Source: Macrostomum lignano (taxonomy: Eukaryota). Taken from it: 64,000 bases of DNA. Positions 12,401 through 24,580 of the stretch are shown one piece after another (the stretch's first letter is position 1; every line of letters starts with the position of its first letter). Position numbers and translations under genes: made by a program. A model generated the notes under the pieces. It ran no database searches. It worked only from the letters and a program-made list of their open reading frames with translations, and was not told the origin of the DNA. The DNA lies in the NCBI GenBank assembly GCA_002269645.1, contig NIVC01002432.1, positions 1 to 64,000 on the forward strand. The letters are read 5' to 3'.

Positions 12401-13919
12401 CAGACTCTGTGATCAGCTCCCAGATCCCTGTGAACAGCTTCCATATCCATGTGAACAGCTCCTAGATCCCTGTGAACAGCTTTCAGATCCCTGTGAACAG
12501 CTTCCAGATCCATGTGAACAGCTCCCAGATCCCTGTGAACAGCTCCCAGATCCCTGTAAACAGCTCTCAGATCCCTGTGAACAGCTCCCAGATCCCCGTA
12601 AATAGCTCCTAGATCACCGTGAACAGTTCCTAGATCATGTGAACAGCTTTCAGACTGTGATCAGCTCCCAGATCCCTGTGAACAGCTCCCAGATCCAGCT
12701 TTCAGATCCCTGTGATCAGCTCCCAGATCCCTGTGAACAGCTCCCAGATCCAGCTTTCAGATCCCTGTGAACAGCTCCCAGATCCAGCTTTCAGATCCCT
12801 GTGAACAGCTCCCAGATCCCTGTGAACAGCTTTCAGATCCCATGTGAACAGCTTTCATGAACAGCTCCCAAATCCATGTTAACAGCTCCCAGATCCCTGT
12901 GAACAGCTCCCAGATCCAGCTTTCAGATCCCTGTGATCAGCTCCCAGATCCCTGTGAACAGCTCCCAGATCCAGCTTTCAGATCCCTGTGAACAGCTCCC
13001 AGATCCAGCTTTCAGATCCCTGTGAACAGCTCCCAGATCCCTGTGAACAGCTTTCAGATCCCATGTGAACAGCTTTCATGAACAGCTCCCAAATCCATGT
13101 TAACAGCTCCCAGATCCCTGTGAACAGCTTTCAGATCCCATGTGAACAGCTTTCAGATCCCCTGTAAACAGCTCTCAGATCCCTGTGAACAGCTTTCGGA
13201 CCCATAAACAGCTCCCAAATCCCCGTTAACAGCTTTCAGACCCTGTGAACAGCTCCCAGATCCCTGTGAACAGCTTTCAGACCTTGTGCATAGCTCCCAG
13301 ATACCTCATGTATTGCTAAAAAATTCAAGATCCTCGGTCGCCGCCGTCATACTTGTATAAAAGTCTCAACTCTTAATGTCCATATTTATCCATTCCCAGG
13401 TACGACCCGGACTCCGACCAGTGGCTGCCGATCGCCCCAATGCGCCAGGCCCGCATAGGCCTCGGTGTCGCAGTTGTCGATCGTCTACTGTACGCAGTCG
13501 GCGGCTTCGACGGCTGCCAGCGGCTCAGCTCAGTTGAGCGCTACTGGCCTGAGGACGATCGTTGGGAGCCGGCCGCGGCCATGACGCAGCCACGCAGCGG
13601 CGCCGGAGTCGTAGCCGTCGGCAAGTACATCTACGCCATCGGCGGATACGATTCGCGTCAGCAATTGCGCACAGTTGAACGCCTGGACACAGAGGCCAAC
13701 CAATGGCAGGCCTGCGCTCCGATGCTGCGACCGCGCAGCGCTCTGGCCGCCGTTTCCGTTGACGACTGCGTTTGGGTGTTCGGCGGCTACGATGGATACG
13801 AGTTCGTGTCCTCTGTTGAGGTCTACTGTCCGCGCACCGACTCCTGGACAGAGCGGGAGCCCATGAGCTGCGGCAAGAGCGGCCACGGTGTCTGCCTAGG
13901 CGTGGCGCCGTCAGTGTAG
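9444..13919 (+). CDS. KEAP1: Kelch-like ECH-associated protein 1 ortholog (BTB-BACK-6xKelch)
   Basis: Exons 9444-9785, 10209-10621, 11716-12270, 13400-13919, all GT-AG with consistent phases (0,2,2). KEAP1-diagnostic motifs VRCHAL, IYAAGGYY, PRSGLA, GGRNN, RNRVAVGVID, RIGLGVAV, PRSGAGV, RSAL, SGHG. Confidence 0.95.
9990..10135. repeat. 30-bp tandem repeat x5 in KEAP1 intron 1
   Basis: ATCACAATCC recurs at 9991, 10021, 10051, 10081, 10111. Confidence 0.9.
11306..11617 (+). mobile_element. tRNA-derived SINE, family 2 (CORE-like central domain, (TTA)n tail), in KEAP1 intron 2
   Basis: Box A-like TGGTTAGAGCG and box B GGTTCGATTCC; central GTGTCCTTGAGCAAGGCACTTAAC…CCAGCTGTAAAATG; 9-bp TSD CAATGTCTA; second copy at ~57250. 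Confidence 0.85.
12325..13300. repeat. ~21-22-bp minisatellite (GATCCCTGTGAACAGCTCCCA) in KEAP1 intron 3
   Basis: Direct reading; variant units with TTTCA/TCCCA. Confidence 0.95.
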
Positions 13920-14019
13920 TCCATGCTGACGGAGTCTGGTTGTCTCTGTGTACTTTGATTTGATAATCCTGAGTCTGTCACTTTTCTGGAGATGTCCCAG
14001 TCTGTACGCTCGTGTTACT

Positions 14020-14465
14020 CATTCCCCCGTGTTTGTCACTCTTCTTGATTCCTCTTTTTCGTGTTTGTCACTCTTCTTGATTCCCCCTCCCGTGTTTGTC
14101 ACTCTTCTTGATTCCCCCTCCCGTGTTTGTCACTCTTCTTGATTCCCGTGTTTGTCACTCTTCTTGATTCCCCCTCCCGTGTTTGTCACTATTCTTGATT
14201 CCCCTTCCCGTGTTTGTCACTCTTCTTGATTCCCCCTCCCGTGTTTGTCACTCTTCTTGATTCCCCCTCCCGTGTTTGTCACTCTTCTTGATTCCCCCTC
14301 CCGTGTTTGTCACTCTTCTTGATTCTCGTGTTTGTCACTCTTCTTGATTCCCGTGTTTGTCACTCTTCTTGATTCCCGTGTTTGTCACTCTTCTTGATTC
14401 CCGTGTTTGTCACTCTTCTTGATTCCCGTGTTTGTCACTCTTCTTGATTCCCGTGTTTGTCACTT
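14020..14465. repeat. 31-bp/25-bp minisatellite (CTCTTCTTGATTCC[CCCTCC]CGTGTTTGTCA) just 3' of the KEAP1 stop
   Basis: Direct reading. Confidence 0.95.
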
Positions 14466-15130
14466 ATGCCCCTTTCATCAAGAAGTCTTTCTCGCTTATT
14501 CAGCTTAGTAAAAGTTGATTCGACCGAATTCTATTGATCTCATAGGAATTATTCTGCCCAGCAATATTTCTCGTGTAGAGGTGATCTCCTTACAGCAATC
14601 CTTGGCTGCATTCCCTGATAATCAAATTCTTGAAAAAGCTATTTGTTAATTTGATTGGCATAAGATTGAATCATATCCTTTAGTTTAACTGCTAGCTTAG
14701 TATTAGTGCTAGGTGTGTTAGTATAGTGCAATACGTGTACAGGTATATAGAGTTTCTGTATCGTGTTTTGTGCGTATTTTTGTGTACTTTGCATTTTTCA
14801 GCCTTTTTTAACTGGAGTATTTTTCTGTCTGATTGGATCGTGTTATATAACTCCATTATTTTATTTTTTAATGCTTAATGTCTAATTGATTTTTGTATCT
14901 TTTTCATTGAAATTAATATAATTAGCTGACTTGTGGCTTCTTTTGTCTGTGATTGTAAGTTCGTATGTTGTACTCGTAATCATATAGATAGCAAAAATTA
15001 CTGTCAACTATTGCCTGTCTCAACCAGTGATGCTAAAGATATGCTTATTAATGCTTTTTTAATCTTTAGAATACATATTTGATGCCGTTTTTTACCTTTT
15101 GAGCTTGGAATCTTTCAATATTCCTTCAGG

Positions 15131-15436
15131 GTGGCAGATGGGACCCTCAGCAGGGTCCTTCAGTGTGGCAGATGCTACCCTCAGCAGGGTCCTTCAGTGT
15201 GGCAGATGCTACCCTCAGCAGGGTCCTTCAGTGTGGCAGATGCTACCCTCAGCAGGGTCCTTCAGTGTGGCAGATGCTACCCTCAGCAGGGTCCTTCAGT
15301 GTGGCAGATGCTACCCTCAGCAGGGTCCTTCAGTGTGGCAGATGCTACCCTCAGCAGGGTCCTTCAGTGTGGCAGATGCTACCCTCAGCAGGGTCCTTCA
15401 GTGTGGCAGATGCTACCCTCAGCAGGGTCCTTCAGT
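15131..15436. repeat. 34-bp tandem repeat x~9
   Basis: Unit GTGGCAGATGCTACCCTCAGCAGGGTCCTTCAGT; accounts for ORFs 15099/15131/15163. Confidence 0.95.
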
Positions 15437-15967
15437 GGACAAGTACACTCAAACCCCTTTATATCCCTTTTTGTTGCAAATCCGCTTCTTTTAAAAAAAA
15501 TCCGATTTATACTACTTGATCAGTAGCATCACTGTAGTACACCGCAACTGAGATACACTCTGATTAATCTCTTTCATCTACTACTCGCTGTAGTAGACGA
15601 ACTTAGACAGAAACTAACTGTTTGTTTATCTTGCCGCTTGCCGATACGCAATAGCGAGCTTATAATTCGTTTGTGTCTCATTATTTAACTGTATTTTTCC
15701 TACGCATTGCTTTCGTGTATTGCTTATTGTGTCATGCACTCTAGCAGTACGGTGTTACGATACGTCAAGACACTAGCTTTGCTACATCGGTTGCTGATCT
15801 GTCCATCATATCTGCACTGACAAATGCATAATAAATAGTTTCTATTGTCCAGAAATGATTCGTTATTTGAAATAAGCCGGATTATTCTTTAATTAAACTA
15901 TGGTTTAATGAACGGAGGTCTGGGAGTTTTATTTAATTTATACTATTCTTGTAGAACAACTATCCTA

Positions 15968-17315
15968 TCTGGTCCTCGTAAGCATAAAAAATCGAAACTG
16001 GACTCTGGTCCCCGTGAGCAAAAAAATTGAACCACGGACTCTGGTCCCTGTGAGCATAAAAAATCGAACCCCGGACTCTGGTCCCTGTGAGCATAAAAAA
16101 TCGAACCCCGGACTCTGGTCCCCGTGAGCATAAAAAATTGAAACTGGACTCTGGTCCCTGTGAGCATAAAAAATCGAACCCCGGACTCTGGTCCCTGTGA
16201 GCATAAAAAATCGAACCCCGGACTCTGGTCCCTGTGAGCATAAAAAATCGAACCCCGGACTCTGGTCCCTGTGAGCATAAAAAATCGAACCCCGGACTCT
16301 GGTCCCTGTGAGCATAAAAAATCGAAACTGGACTCTGGTCCCCGTGAGCAAAAAAATTGAACCACGGACTCTGGTCCCTGTGAGCATAAAAAATCGAACC
16401 CCGGACTCTGGTCCCTGTGAGCATAAAAAATCGAACCCCGGACTCTGGTCCCCGTGAGCATAAAAAATTGAAACTGGACTCTGGTCCCTGTGAGCATAAA
16501 AAATCGAACCCCGGACTCTGGTCCCCGTGAGCATAAAAAATCGAACCCCGGACTCTGGTCCCTGTGAGCATAAAAAATCGAACCCCGGACTCTGGTCCCT
16601 GTGAGCATAAAAAATCGAACCCCGGACTCTGGTCCCTGTGAGCATAAAAAATCGAAACTGGACTCTGGTCCCTGTGAGCATAAAAAATCGAACCCCGGAC
16701 TCTGGTCCCTGTGAGCATAAAAAATCGAACCCCGGACTCTGGTCCCTGTGAGCATAAAAAATCGAAACTGGACTCTGGTCCCTGTGAGCATAAAAAATTG
16801 AACCACGGACTCTGGTCCCTGTGAGCATAAAAAATCGAACCACGGACTCTGGTCCCTGTGAGCATAAAAAATCGAACCCCGGACTCTGGTCCCTGTGAGC
16901 ATAAAAAATCGAAACTGGACTCTGGTCCCTGTGAGCATAAAAAATTGAACCACGGACTCTGGTCCCTGTGAGCATAAAAAATCGAAACTGGACTCTGGTC
17001 CCTGTGAGCATAAAAAATCGAAACTGGACTCTGGTCCCTGTGAGCATAAAAAATCGAAACTGGACTCTGGTCCCTGTGAGCATAAAAAATTGAACCACGG
17101 ACTCTGGTCCCTGTGAGCATAAAAAATCGAAACTGGACTCTGGTCCCTGTGAGCATAAAAAATCGAAACTGGACTCTGGTCCCTGTGAGCATAAAAAATC
17201 GAAACTGGACTCTGGTCCCTGTGAGCATAAAAAATCGAACCCCAAGTTCTGGTCCCTGTGAGCATAAAAAATCGAACCCAGGTTCTGGTCCCCGTGAGCA
17301 TTAAAATTCGAACCA
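15968..17315. repeat. 36-37-bp satellite array (~36 units) with three junction variants
   Basis: Constant GGACTCTGGTCCC(T/C)GTGAGCATAAAAAATCGAA plus CCCC, ACT or CCAC. Confidence 0.95.
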
Positions 17316-18051
17316 CGACCCCTTTTGTCGAAGAGTCTATGAAATTTAGCAAACTTGCATTGTAGAAAGTTGACAGTAGTATATGTAGAAAATTGGTGCA
17401 TCGTTTGTACTTTAGGTAATTTTTTTATTCAAAGCAGAAATAATGAAAAATAATGAACAGTAGTAAATTATAAATAATGTAAATTGCAAAAATATGTGCA
17501 AATATTGCAAAAATATGAAGCGTCCATTATAGTTGTAACAAAAACTAAGAAAAGATATGCACCGCATAATAATAATATTAAGAATAAATAAATACTGAGA
17601 AATCCATCCCAAAACTGACAAAAAGTCAAATAATTAATTAATAAACAGGAAAGAGTGATTAGCTAAGCATAAGGTGTGCAGACTGGATTTTGTACGTCAT
17701 AGCTATAAGCCATATAGCTGCGCCTGTGCGTCCCTGTGAATACCAATATTATTACTACTACTGCATTTATTATTAATTTACTTTTGCAATTATGCCGATG
17801 GCAATAATGAGTTTTCCACGGCATTCTCTGGCAGATGGAATCATGTCTTGAAAGGAAAACTCTGTGTGCAGAGCTTAACAAAATAAATAATAGATGTATG
17901 TATCTCAATAACATATGCTCAAAGTTATTACGGCAAACACTTGATAAAAGTACGAGTAGAAATAAAACGCGCTTTGATATTGGCAGTTCACTCACTTTCA
18001 CGTCACTTTTTATCTACTACCATTTTTCTGCCATAGACAAAGATTCAGTTT

Positions 18052-18335
18052 AGTCACGTGACCTATAAATTTGCCATTTGTCTGCTAACGTACAGACGGA
18101 GATTCTGGTTAAGTCACGTGACCTATAAACTTGCCATTTGTCTGCTAACGTACAGACGGAGATTCTGGTTAAGTCACGTGACCTATAAACTTGCCATTTG
18201 TCTGCTAACGTACAGACGGAGATTCTGGTTTAGTCACGTCGTACAGACTGGGATTCTGGTTAGTCACGTGACCTATTAATTGCTATTTCTTTGCTAACGT
18301 ACAGACGGAGATTATGGTTTGGTCATGTGACATTA
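18052..18335. repeat. 60-bp tandem repeat (3 full plus partial copies)
   Basis: AGTCACGTGACCTATAAA…GGAGATTCTGGTTA repeated every 60 nt. Confidence 0.9.
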
Positions 18336-18690
18336 AATTCGAACTGCTTATTTTAATTCTTCTTTATAACTATTAGATAGTTTAAACCGAAAACAATAGT
18401 TAAAACTGAAATAAATAAATGTGTTATATGAGAACTAATATAATAAAAACAAAAATATCCTGAAACACAGAGGAATGCAATAATTTTATCCAGAAACAAA
18501 AAAAAATAGTTTGGATACCAGCAAACTTTACTTTATGCTCCGTGTTCAGAGCACAGTAGACTCAATTATAACACTGCAGCTGAGATTCCAATTTTTGAAT
18601 AAAATTTTTTGGTCTGGAAAATTCTATGCAACATTTTTCAGGCCCGTGTATTGAATAGTTAGTCGTAACCACAGATATTCAATACTAGAG

Positions 18691-19109
18691 TAGATGGGCC
18701 ACTCAGCACATTTGCATGTAAGCTACTTTCAGTTCAGTAGTAAGTTAAACTGAAGCATTTTAATGTACTTTTAAAGCCAAGGCTCGTGTATGGCTCTTAC
18801 CAGCCAGCTTAAACCCTCCAATCGCGCCTTTCCACACTACACCCCCCGACCCAATTTTTATTGCCTTTCTCGGATTTCCAGCCTAAAGCTGCCATGTACA
18901 TTTCAGTGGACTGGCTAATGTACATTATTGCTGAACCTGAACCAATTAGCAAGTTGTTTACGCCTGCAAGCTTTGGGCTTCTAAACTTATCAAAGTCATT
19001 TCAGTTCAGCTGCTTTTATTTTATAAAGTAGCTTATGTATTCTTCTTTGCTACTGAACTGAAAGTTGAAAGTTGTTTTGCTAAGTATATATGCCTGAGTG
19101 GCCCATCTA
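18691..19109. mobile_element. MITE-like element with 16-bp TIR TAGATGGGCCACTCAG
   Basis: Perfect inverted 16-mer at both ends; subterminal TTCAGTTCAG/CTGAACTGAA motifs; no TSD found. Confidence 0.65.
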
Positions 19110-19150
19110 GTTATTATTTATATATATTACTGAAAGTAGGCGAAAACAAA

Positions 19151-21259
19151 TCAGCGATTCCATCCCGAGCCGAATCCCACAGCCGAGCCGATGTCGTCGT
19201 CAGAGAAAGCGCTGCCAGAGTCGCCGCCGACAACAAAGTCGGACTCGTAGGCCACCTCGCATGGCGCCGAGTGGCCGCCGAAATGGTGCGGCGCCGAAGC
19301 CGCCGAGCCCATCATGTAGCCCGTCATGCCGCCCATTGCGGCGCCTTTGGGGTGTTTTGAGATTAGCGTTGCTATTGCACTTTTGTTAATGAGCTAATGG
19401 ATAGGGATTATGGATTAGAGTGTAGAGGCTGAAGATAGCGATTAAGGACTAGAGATCAGTGGCAGAAGATAGCGATTAAGGACTAGAGATTAGTGGCTGA
19501 AGGTAGCGATTAAGGACTAGAGATTAGTGGCTGAAGGTAGCGATTAAGGACTAGAGATTAGTGGCTGAAGGTAGCGATTAAGGACTAGAGATTAGTGGCT
19601 GAAGGTAGCGATTAAGGACTAGAGATTAGTGGCTGAAGGTAGCGATTAAGGACTAGAGATTAGTGGCTGAAGGTAGCGATTAAGGACTAGAGATTAGTGG
19701 CTGAAGGTAGCGATTAAGGACTAGAGATTAGTGGCTGAAGGTAGCGATTAAGGACTAGAGATTAGTGGCTGAAGGTAGCGATTAAGGACTAGAGATTAGT
19801 GGCTGAAGGTAGCGATTAAGGACTAGAGATTAGTGGCTGAAGGTAGCGATTAAGGACTAGAGATTAGTGGCTGAAGGTAGCGATTAAGGACTAGAGATTA
19901 GTGGCTGAAGGTAGCGATTAAGGACTAGAGATTAGTGGCTGAAAGTAGCGATTAAGGACTAGAGAATCGAGATTAGGGGTTGAAAATAGGGACTAAGGAA
20001 TAGAGAATAGTGGCTGATAATAGACTCAAAGAATAGGTACAGACAGGTGATTAAGGCCTAAGAGTTAATAATAGACAATAGAAATATGGACCTAGGGGAT
20101 TACTTGGGTTGGAGGTATCGTGGGAGTTAGCAACAGTGGGATAAGTGATATGAGATTATCTTGCTCTCTCTCTTCTATCCGCAGCTCAAGCCTCTTCCTA
20201 TCTTTCGCTCACCAGACCAGAAGCCAGGCCCACTTCCGCCGCTGTGATGATACCCATAGTGTGAAGGCGGCGGTGGCGGTGGTGGCCCCTCCTCGGCGGT
20301 GTACACCCGGTGGTAGCGGTGCCGCCTGGAACGGAACAGCTTGAACACCAGCGCCAGCATGGCAACCACAACAGTGAAGGCTAGCAGGCCAGTCAAGACG
20401 CTAACCATTGGGTTGACAATGTGGACACGGCGGAACAGGTGGCCGTGAATGCCATGCTTGCGGTGCCGGCGCCTTCCAGACCATCGCAATGAATAGGTGA
20501 GCCCGCAGGAGCCGGCAAGGATGTATGGATCGTTAGGGTGATCGTAGCCTTCACAGCTCACCTGAGATGAGTGGAGCAACTCAACAATTAGTGAGAGATT
20601 AATTTAGTGTCATAAAATCTTAGCATTAGATAAGCAATGTAAACATTTTTTAATTTTAACTAAATGAATGAAGTTATATGGTTTAATGGATCAAGAATAT
20701 ATGATTCATGGAATTGATTATAGCTAATTTAGCAACAGATACAGCTGTTATAATATAAGCAAAACAAATAATATGATATTGATAAATACAAACCAGAAAA
20801 GCTCAATTAACATAAAATGAGCCTTTTATTATGAAGATTTTATGCCAAATTATGGAGTACTTGCACTTAAATTTAGTATGCAATTATGCTGACTACTAGT
20901 ACTACTACATCAATCTCTTAATTAGATGCATGTATAAGAGAAAAAATGTTTACCTGAATAGTATCAAACTTAAGACGCTTCGACATCTGTGCTTCACATC
21001 GCCACTGAATGCTTAACCCATCCGATCCTTTATTGTAGCACTGAACAACAGAGGGAAGAGATTGAGACTGACAAGGTGCTCTACCAGAAACACAACGAAG
21101 CTGTGGAACTGGGGCGAGTCGGCGACCTGTAGTAAATTTTCCTTCGCGAAGTGTGATTGTGCTTACTGAAGAGATTAATATTTTCTGCTGTAATTCCTGA
21201 CAAAATCCACTTTGCAGATACGCAAAAACTGCTAAAAGCAGGACGATTGTCTTGTTCAT
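19151..21259 (-). CDS. SARAF: Store-operated calcium entry-associated regulatory factor (SARAF/TMEM66)
   Basis: Exons 21259-20954, 20561-20213, 19344-19151 (phases 0,1). Signal peptide; luminal domain TGRRLAPVPQLRCVSG…VQCYNKGSDG…QWRCEA…VSCEGYD…DPYILAGSCGLTYSL; single TM; GPGFWSG/GGMTGYMMG motif. Confidence 0.93.
19430..19965. repeat. 34-bp minisatellite x~15 in SARAF intron 2
   Basis: Unit GAAGGTAGCGATTAAGGACTAGAGATTAGTGGCT. Confidence 0.95.
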
Positions 21260-23139
21260 CACAGGAAGCTGTCTGAGTTTAAATTGTGTTTGGAACTAAA
21301 ATTAAAATCTAACTTAAGTAGATAGGGATAGCTGAGTCTTATAATCAAACAAGTCTCCAGTTCACCGCTAAAAACAAGCTTTGGTGAAAAATATAAAGCT
21401 GGGAAAACGATACTGTATTTAATATGAGACGGAAAATCTAAACTATTTAGTTTTTTAGCTTTGGAGAATGTAATGTGGCAGTGTAGCTTGCTTGAATTAT
21501 CTATTGCAGTCAAGACGACGAAAACTACCTAGGAAAAGTTGTAAAGTTTAAGTTAAAATCCAAGCACAACGCAAATAATGGAGCACTAAAGAACAAAATA
21601 AATACATTAAAGTAAGATATCCACCAAATTCATACAAAAATTAAAAATTAAACTATTATCAAAAGTCTCTGATTTGTGTTATTTTGTTATACCAATACAT
21701 TTTTTGCGCAAAGTTAATTTTTATTTTAATTATTGGACTCTCACTCAAGCGCACTTGATCGCTTGCTTGCTGTTTAGGGCCCTACTGTCTGTCTGTCTGT
21801 CTGTCTGTCTTCTTTGTCTTCTTGTCGACAAGTCAAGCTTCAAGCCCTAAGTGAAAAGTGTGCTTTACTCATTATTCAGAGTTCTGACTGGTACAACTTT
21901 ATAATAGCTTGTACTTGTATAGGCCTACCTGAATATTTTAAAGGCAAACAAAATACAAGATGAGTCTTAATGACTATTCAAAATATTAGCGGACAAATAG
22001 GTAGCAGACAAAATCAGTATTAGCCCTTGAAAGGGATTTTAAAACTTATTTTTTAGCAATATTTTAATTCCATGTGATAAATATGATTGGCCTAAATAAG
22101 ATGATACCTTAGGGCTTAGGCCTATATATAAGTTACGTCTTATGACTCAAGTTAGGCCTAGGCCTATTTTTGAAAGTTGTCAAATTTTTTAAACTTTACT
22201 TTAAAACTTAGTTGCCTGAATTCCCTGAAACTGCAAAACTTTAAAACTATAGACTATAGTCAATACAACACTAGGCCCCTATATAGCCATAGGCTTTATA
22301 TTATAAAATTTTGTCTGTTTATCTAATTTTTTTCATTTTTTGTAGGCCTAATGCCAATGGCATTGTATTTTGCGTATTAAATTAGTATTCGGCTAACCTT
22401 AAGCTAACCAAAACCTATTAGTCATCCTAAAGGCCTAAAATTCATAGGGATGGCTATAAAAAACATTTTTGCTAGGCCCCTATATTTATAGTATAACTAA
22501 CTAATGCATTTAATTTATTTTTTCTTAAATGTAGCAAGCATAATTTTTTTCAAAAGTTCAAGTTTACTTAGCTTAGGGCCCTCAAAATATTGTTTTGAGA
22601 ATTGAAAAAATAGTTTAGGCCAAATATAATAGATAAAAAACAAAGCAAACACTTGATTGCCTTTTTTAAGATTATATTTTGTCCTTTTTACAATGAGTAA
22701 CAATATTTAATAACTAGGCTCTATTGAAAGTACTAATGCTAAACTTTTTTATATTAATAGAAGTTAGAGTTTGCTAGTGTTTTATTGTACTTTTTAGGTA
22801 TAATCTATAAGTTTCTAAGTTTATAATATAGTTTACCTAAGTATTTTTGTTTTACTTTAACTATTTCTAATACTTTTTTAAATTAAGAACTACAGCTTTG
22901 GGAAAGATTTAAAGATTTAAGATTTTGTTTAAGAATTAAATATTGAAAGTTTCCATTCTGACTCTAATCAGAGAAGCTGACTTTTTGAGAAGTGCAAAGA
23001 AGGGCATATGTTATGTTCTGACATTTACTTGTCTTCTATGGTTACTTGAGGCTAGCTAGAGGCATATTTTGTCATTGTTGTTATATGGGCTTTTTCTCTT
23101 GTTAGTCTTTTAGATTCTTCCTATCAATCCTACTGTTGA

Positions 23140-23508
23140 AAAGGGGGGCCGTAGCCCAGCGATAGCGCAGCTACTCTGGTGTGCCAGCGACCCAGGCTCG
23201 ATTCCAAGTGCAGCCACATTAATTTGGGGCTGAATTGGAATTTTGGCTTGGCTCGCTTGTGCAATTAACGGCCTTGAGAGCCAACCCCCCAAGGCGTAGT
23301 GAAGTGTACATGCCTAACAATTGATAAAGTTAGGGCCGCTGTACACTTCTGTGTGAGTGTGTGCCTGCGTAACGTATCCGCGCGCTTGTATGCCTGCTCA
23401 GGGGAGTCGGCGGAATGGGCAGTAATGCCTCTCGCCAGTTGTGTGCCAATGTCACCTAAAGTGCGCCAGGGTGCACACAACCCCCCTGCCTCTAATAAAA
23501 AAAAATAA
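23140..23508 (+). mobile_element. tRNA-derived SINE, family 1 (poly-A tail, 14-bp TSD)
   Basis: tRNA-like head GGGGGCCGTAGCCCAGCGATAGCG…GGCTCGATTCC; tail TAATAAAAAAAA; TSD AATCCTACTGTTGA at 23126-23139 and 23509-23522; second copy at 38318-38676(-). Confidence 0.9.
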
Positions 23509-24154
23509 AATCCTACTGTTGATGTTTTGAAATTAGCCCCAATTCAATTATCTAAAACTAGCTGCAAGCACTACGCTACAATATTGGCTTGATTTGCTAA
23601 TAAATTTGCAAACAAAGCATATGAAAACCATTTTCCTGACTCTTCATAACTTGATTCATAACTTGCATGAAACTAGTATGGGCCTCTGTCCAATGATTAG
23701 GAATCATACATGGGCAATTGCTGGCCGCCCTGGCCAATCTGGCCACCAAAAATTGTGATGGACCTGGGGTAAGTTGCAAAAATGCCCACCCCAAACAATA
23801 GATGTATTACTAGTTAGATGACGAGGCATTCAGCCCTAACAAAATAGTCATAGTTACTCCTGCCGTTTACCCAAAATTGCGTTAATTTGCTTTACGGTTT
23901 CTTTCACAGGTAAGTCGCATTTTTGGTCAAAAAGTAAGTCGCATGGCCAGTGTAAATCATTTTTTGTAACTTATCATTTTTCATTGCTTAATAACAGCCC
24001 TACCGATCAGCTCTCATATCCCATAAAACAGTTTGGCATTACTAAAACACAATATTTATAAGAAAAATCAGTTTCTCAGTCCAGCTGTTTATTCACAATC
24101 TTCAATACTAAACAAATTAGACATTTTTAAGATCTCGCCTTCACTTTCAGCCAA

Positions 24155-24580
24155 ATGGCGGCCAAGCGATTGCAGGCTGTGAAACCGCTGCGCCGGCAGG
24201 TTTGCATTAAGAAGCGCAACAAGCACATCCAGCGTCATCACAGCGACCGTTACTACCGCGTCAAACCCAGCTGGCGCCGCCCGAAGGGCATCGACAACCG
24301 GATGCGCAGGAAATTCAAAGGCCAGTCGGTGATGCCGCAGATTGGATTCGGATCTGACAAGCGGACTAAGCATGTCCACAGGGACGGCTTCCGTCACGTG
24401 CTGGTGCACAACGCCAAGGAGCTGGAGATGCTGATGATGGAGAACCGGCGTTACGCTGGGGTCATTGCGCACACCGTGAGCTCTAAGAAGCGCAAAGGCA
24501 TGGTTGAGCGGGCTGCCCAACTCGGCATCCGGCTGGTGAACGGCAGCTCGAAGCTGCGCACTGACGAGCAGCAGGAGTGA
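24155..24580 (+). CDS. RPL32: 60S ribosomal protein L32 (eL32)-like, divergent, intronless CDS
   Basis: RHHSDRY…WRRPKGIDNRMRRKFKG…IGFGSDKRTKH…LVHNAKELEML…IAHTVSSKKRK..VERAAQL. Confidence 0.95.
   Translation: MAAKRLQAVKPLRRQVCIKKRNKHIQRHHSDRYYRVKPSWRRPKGIDNRMRRKFKGQSVMPQIGFGSDKRTKHVHRDGFRHVLVHNAKELEMLMMENRRYAGVIAHTVSSKKRKGMVERAAQLGIRLVNGSSKLRTDEQQE

Noticed and set aside
15943-17401. Three 420-480 aa ORFs, or a CRISPR-like array
   Set aside because: The ORFs are translations of a stop-free 36/37-bp satellite; the units have no unique spacers and there are no cas genes
23140-23215. tRNA gene
   Set aside because: The tRNA-like sequence is the head of a SINE with a body, poly-A tail and TSDs; the same applies at 11306, 38676 and 57250
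24089-24520. 143-aa antisense ORF
   Set aside because: Shadow of RPL32 caused by GC-rich codon usage
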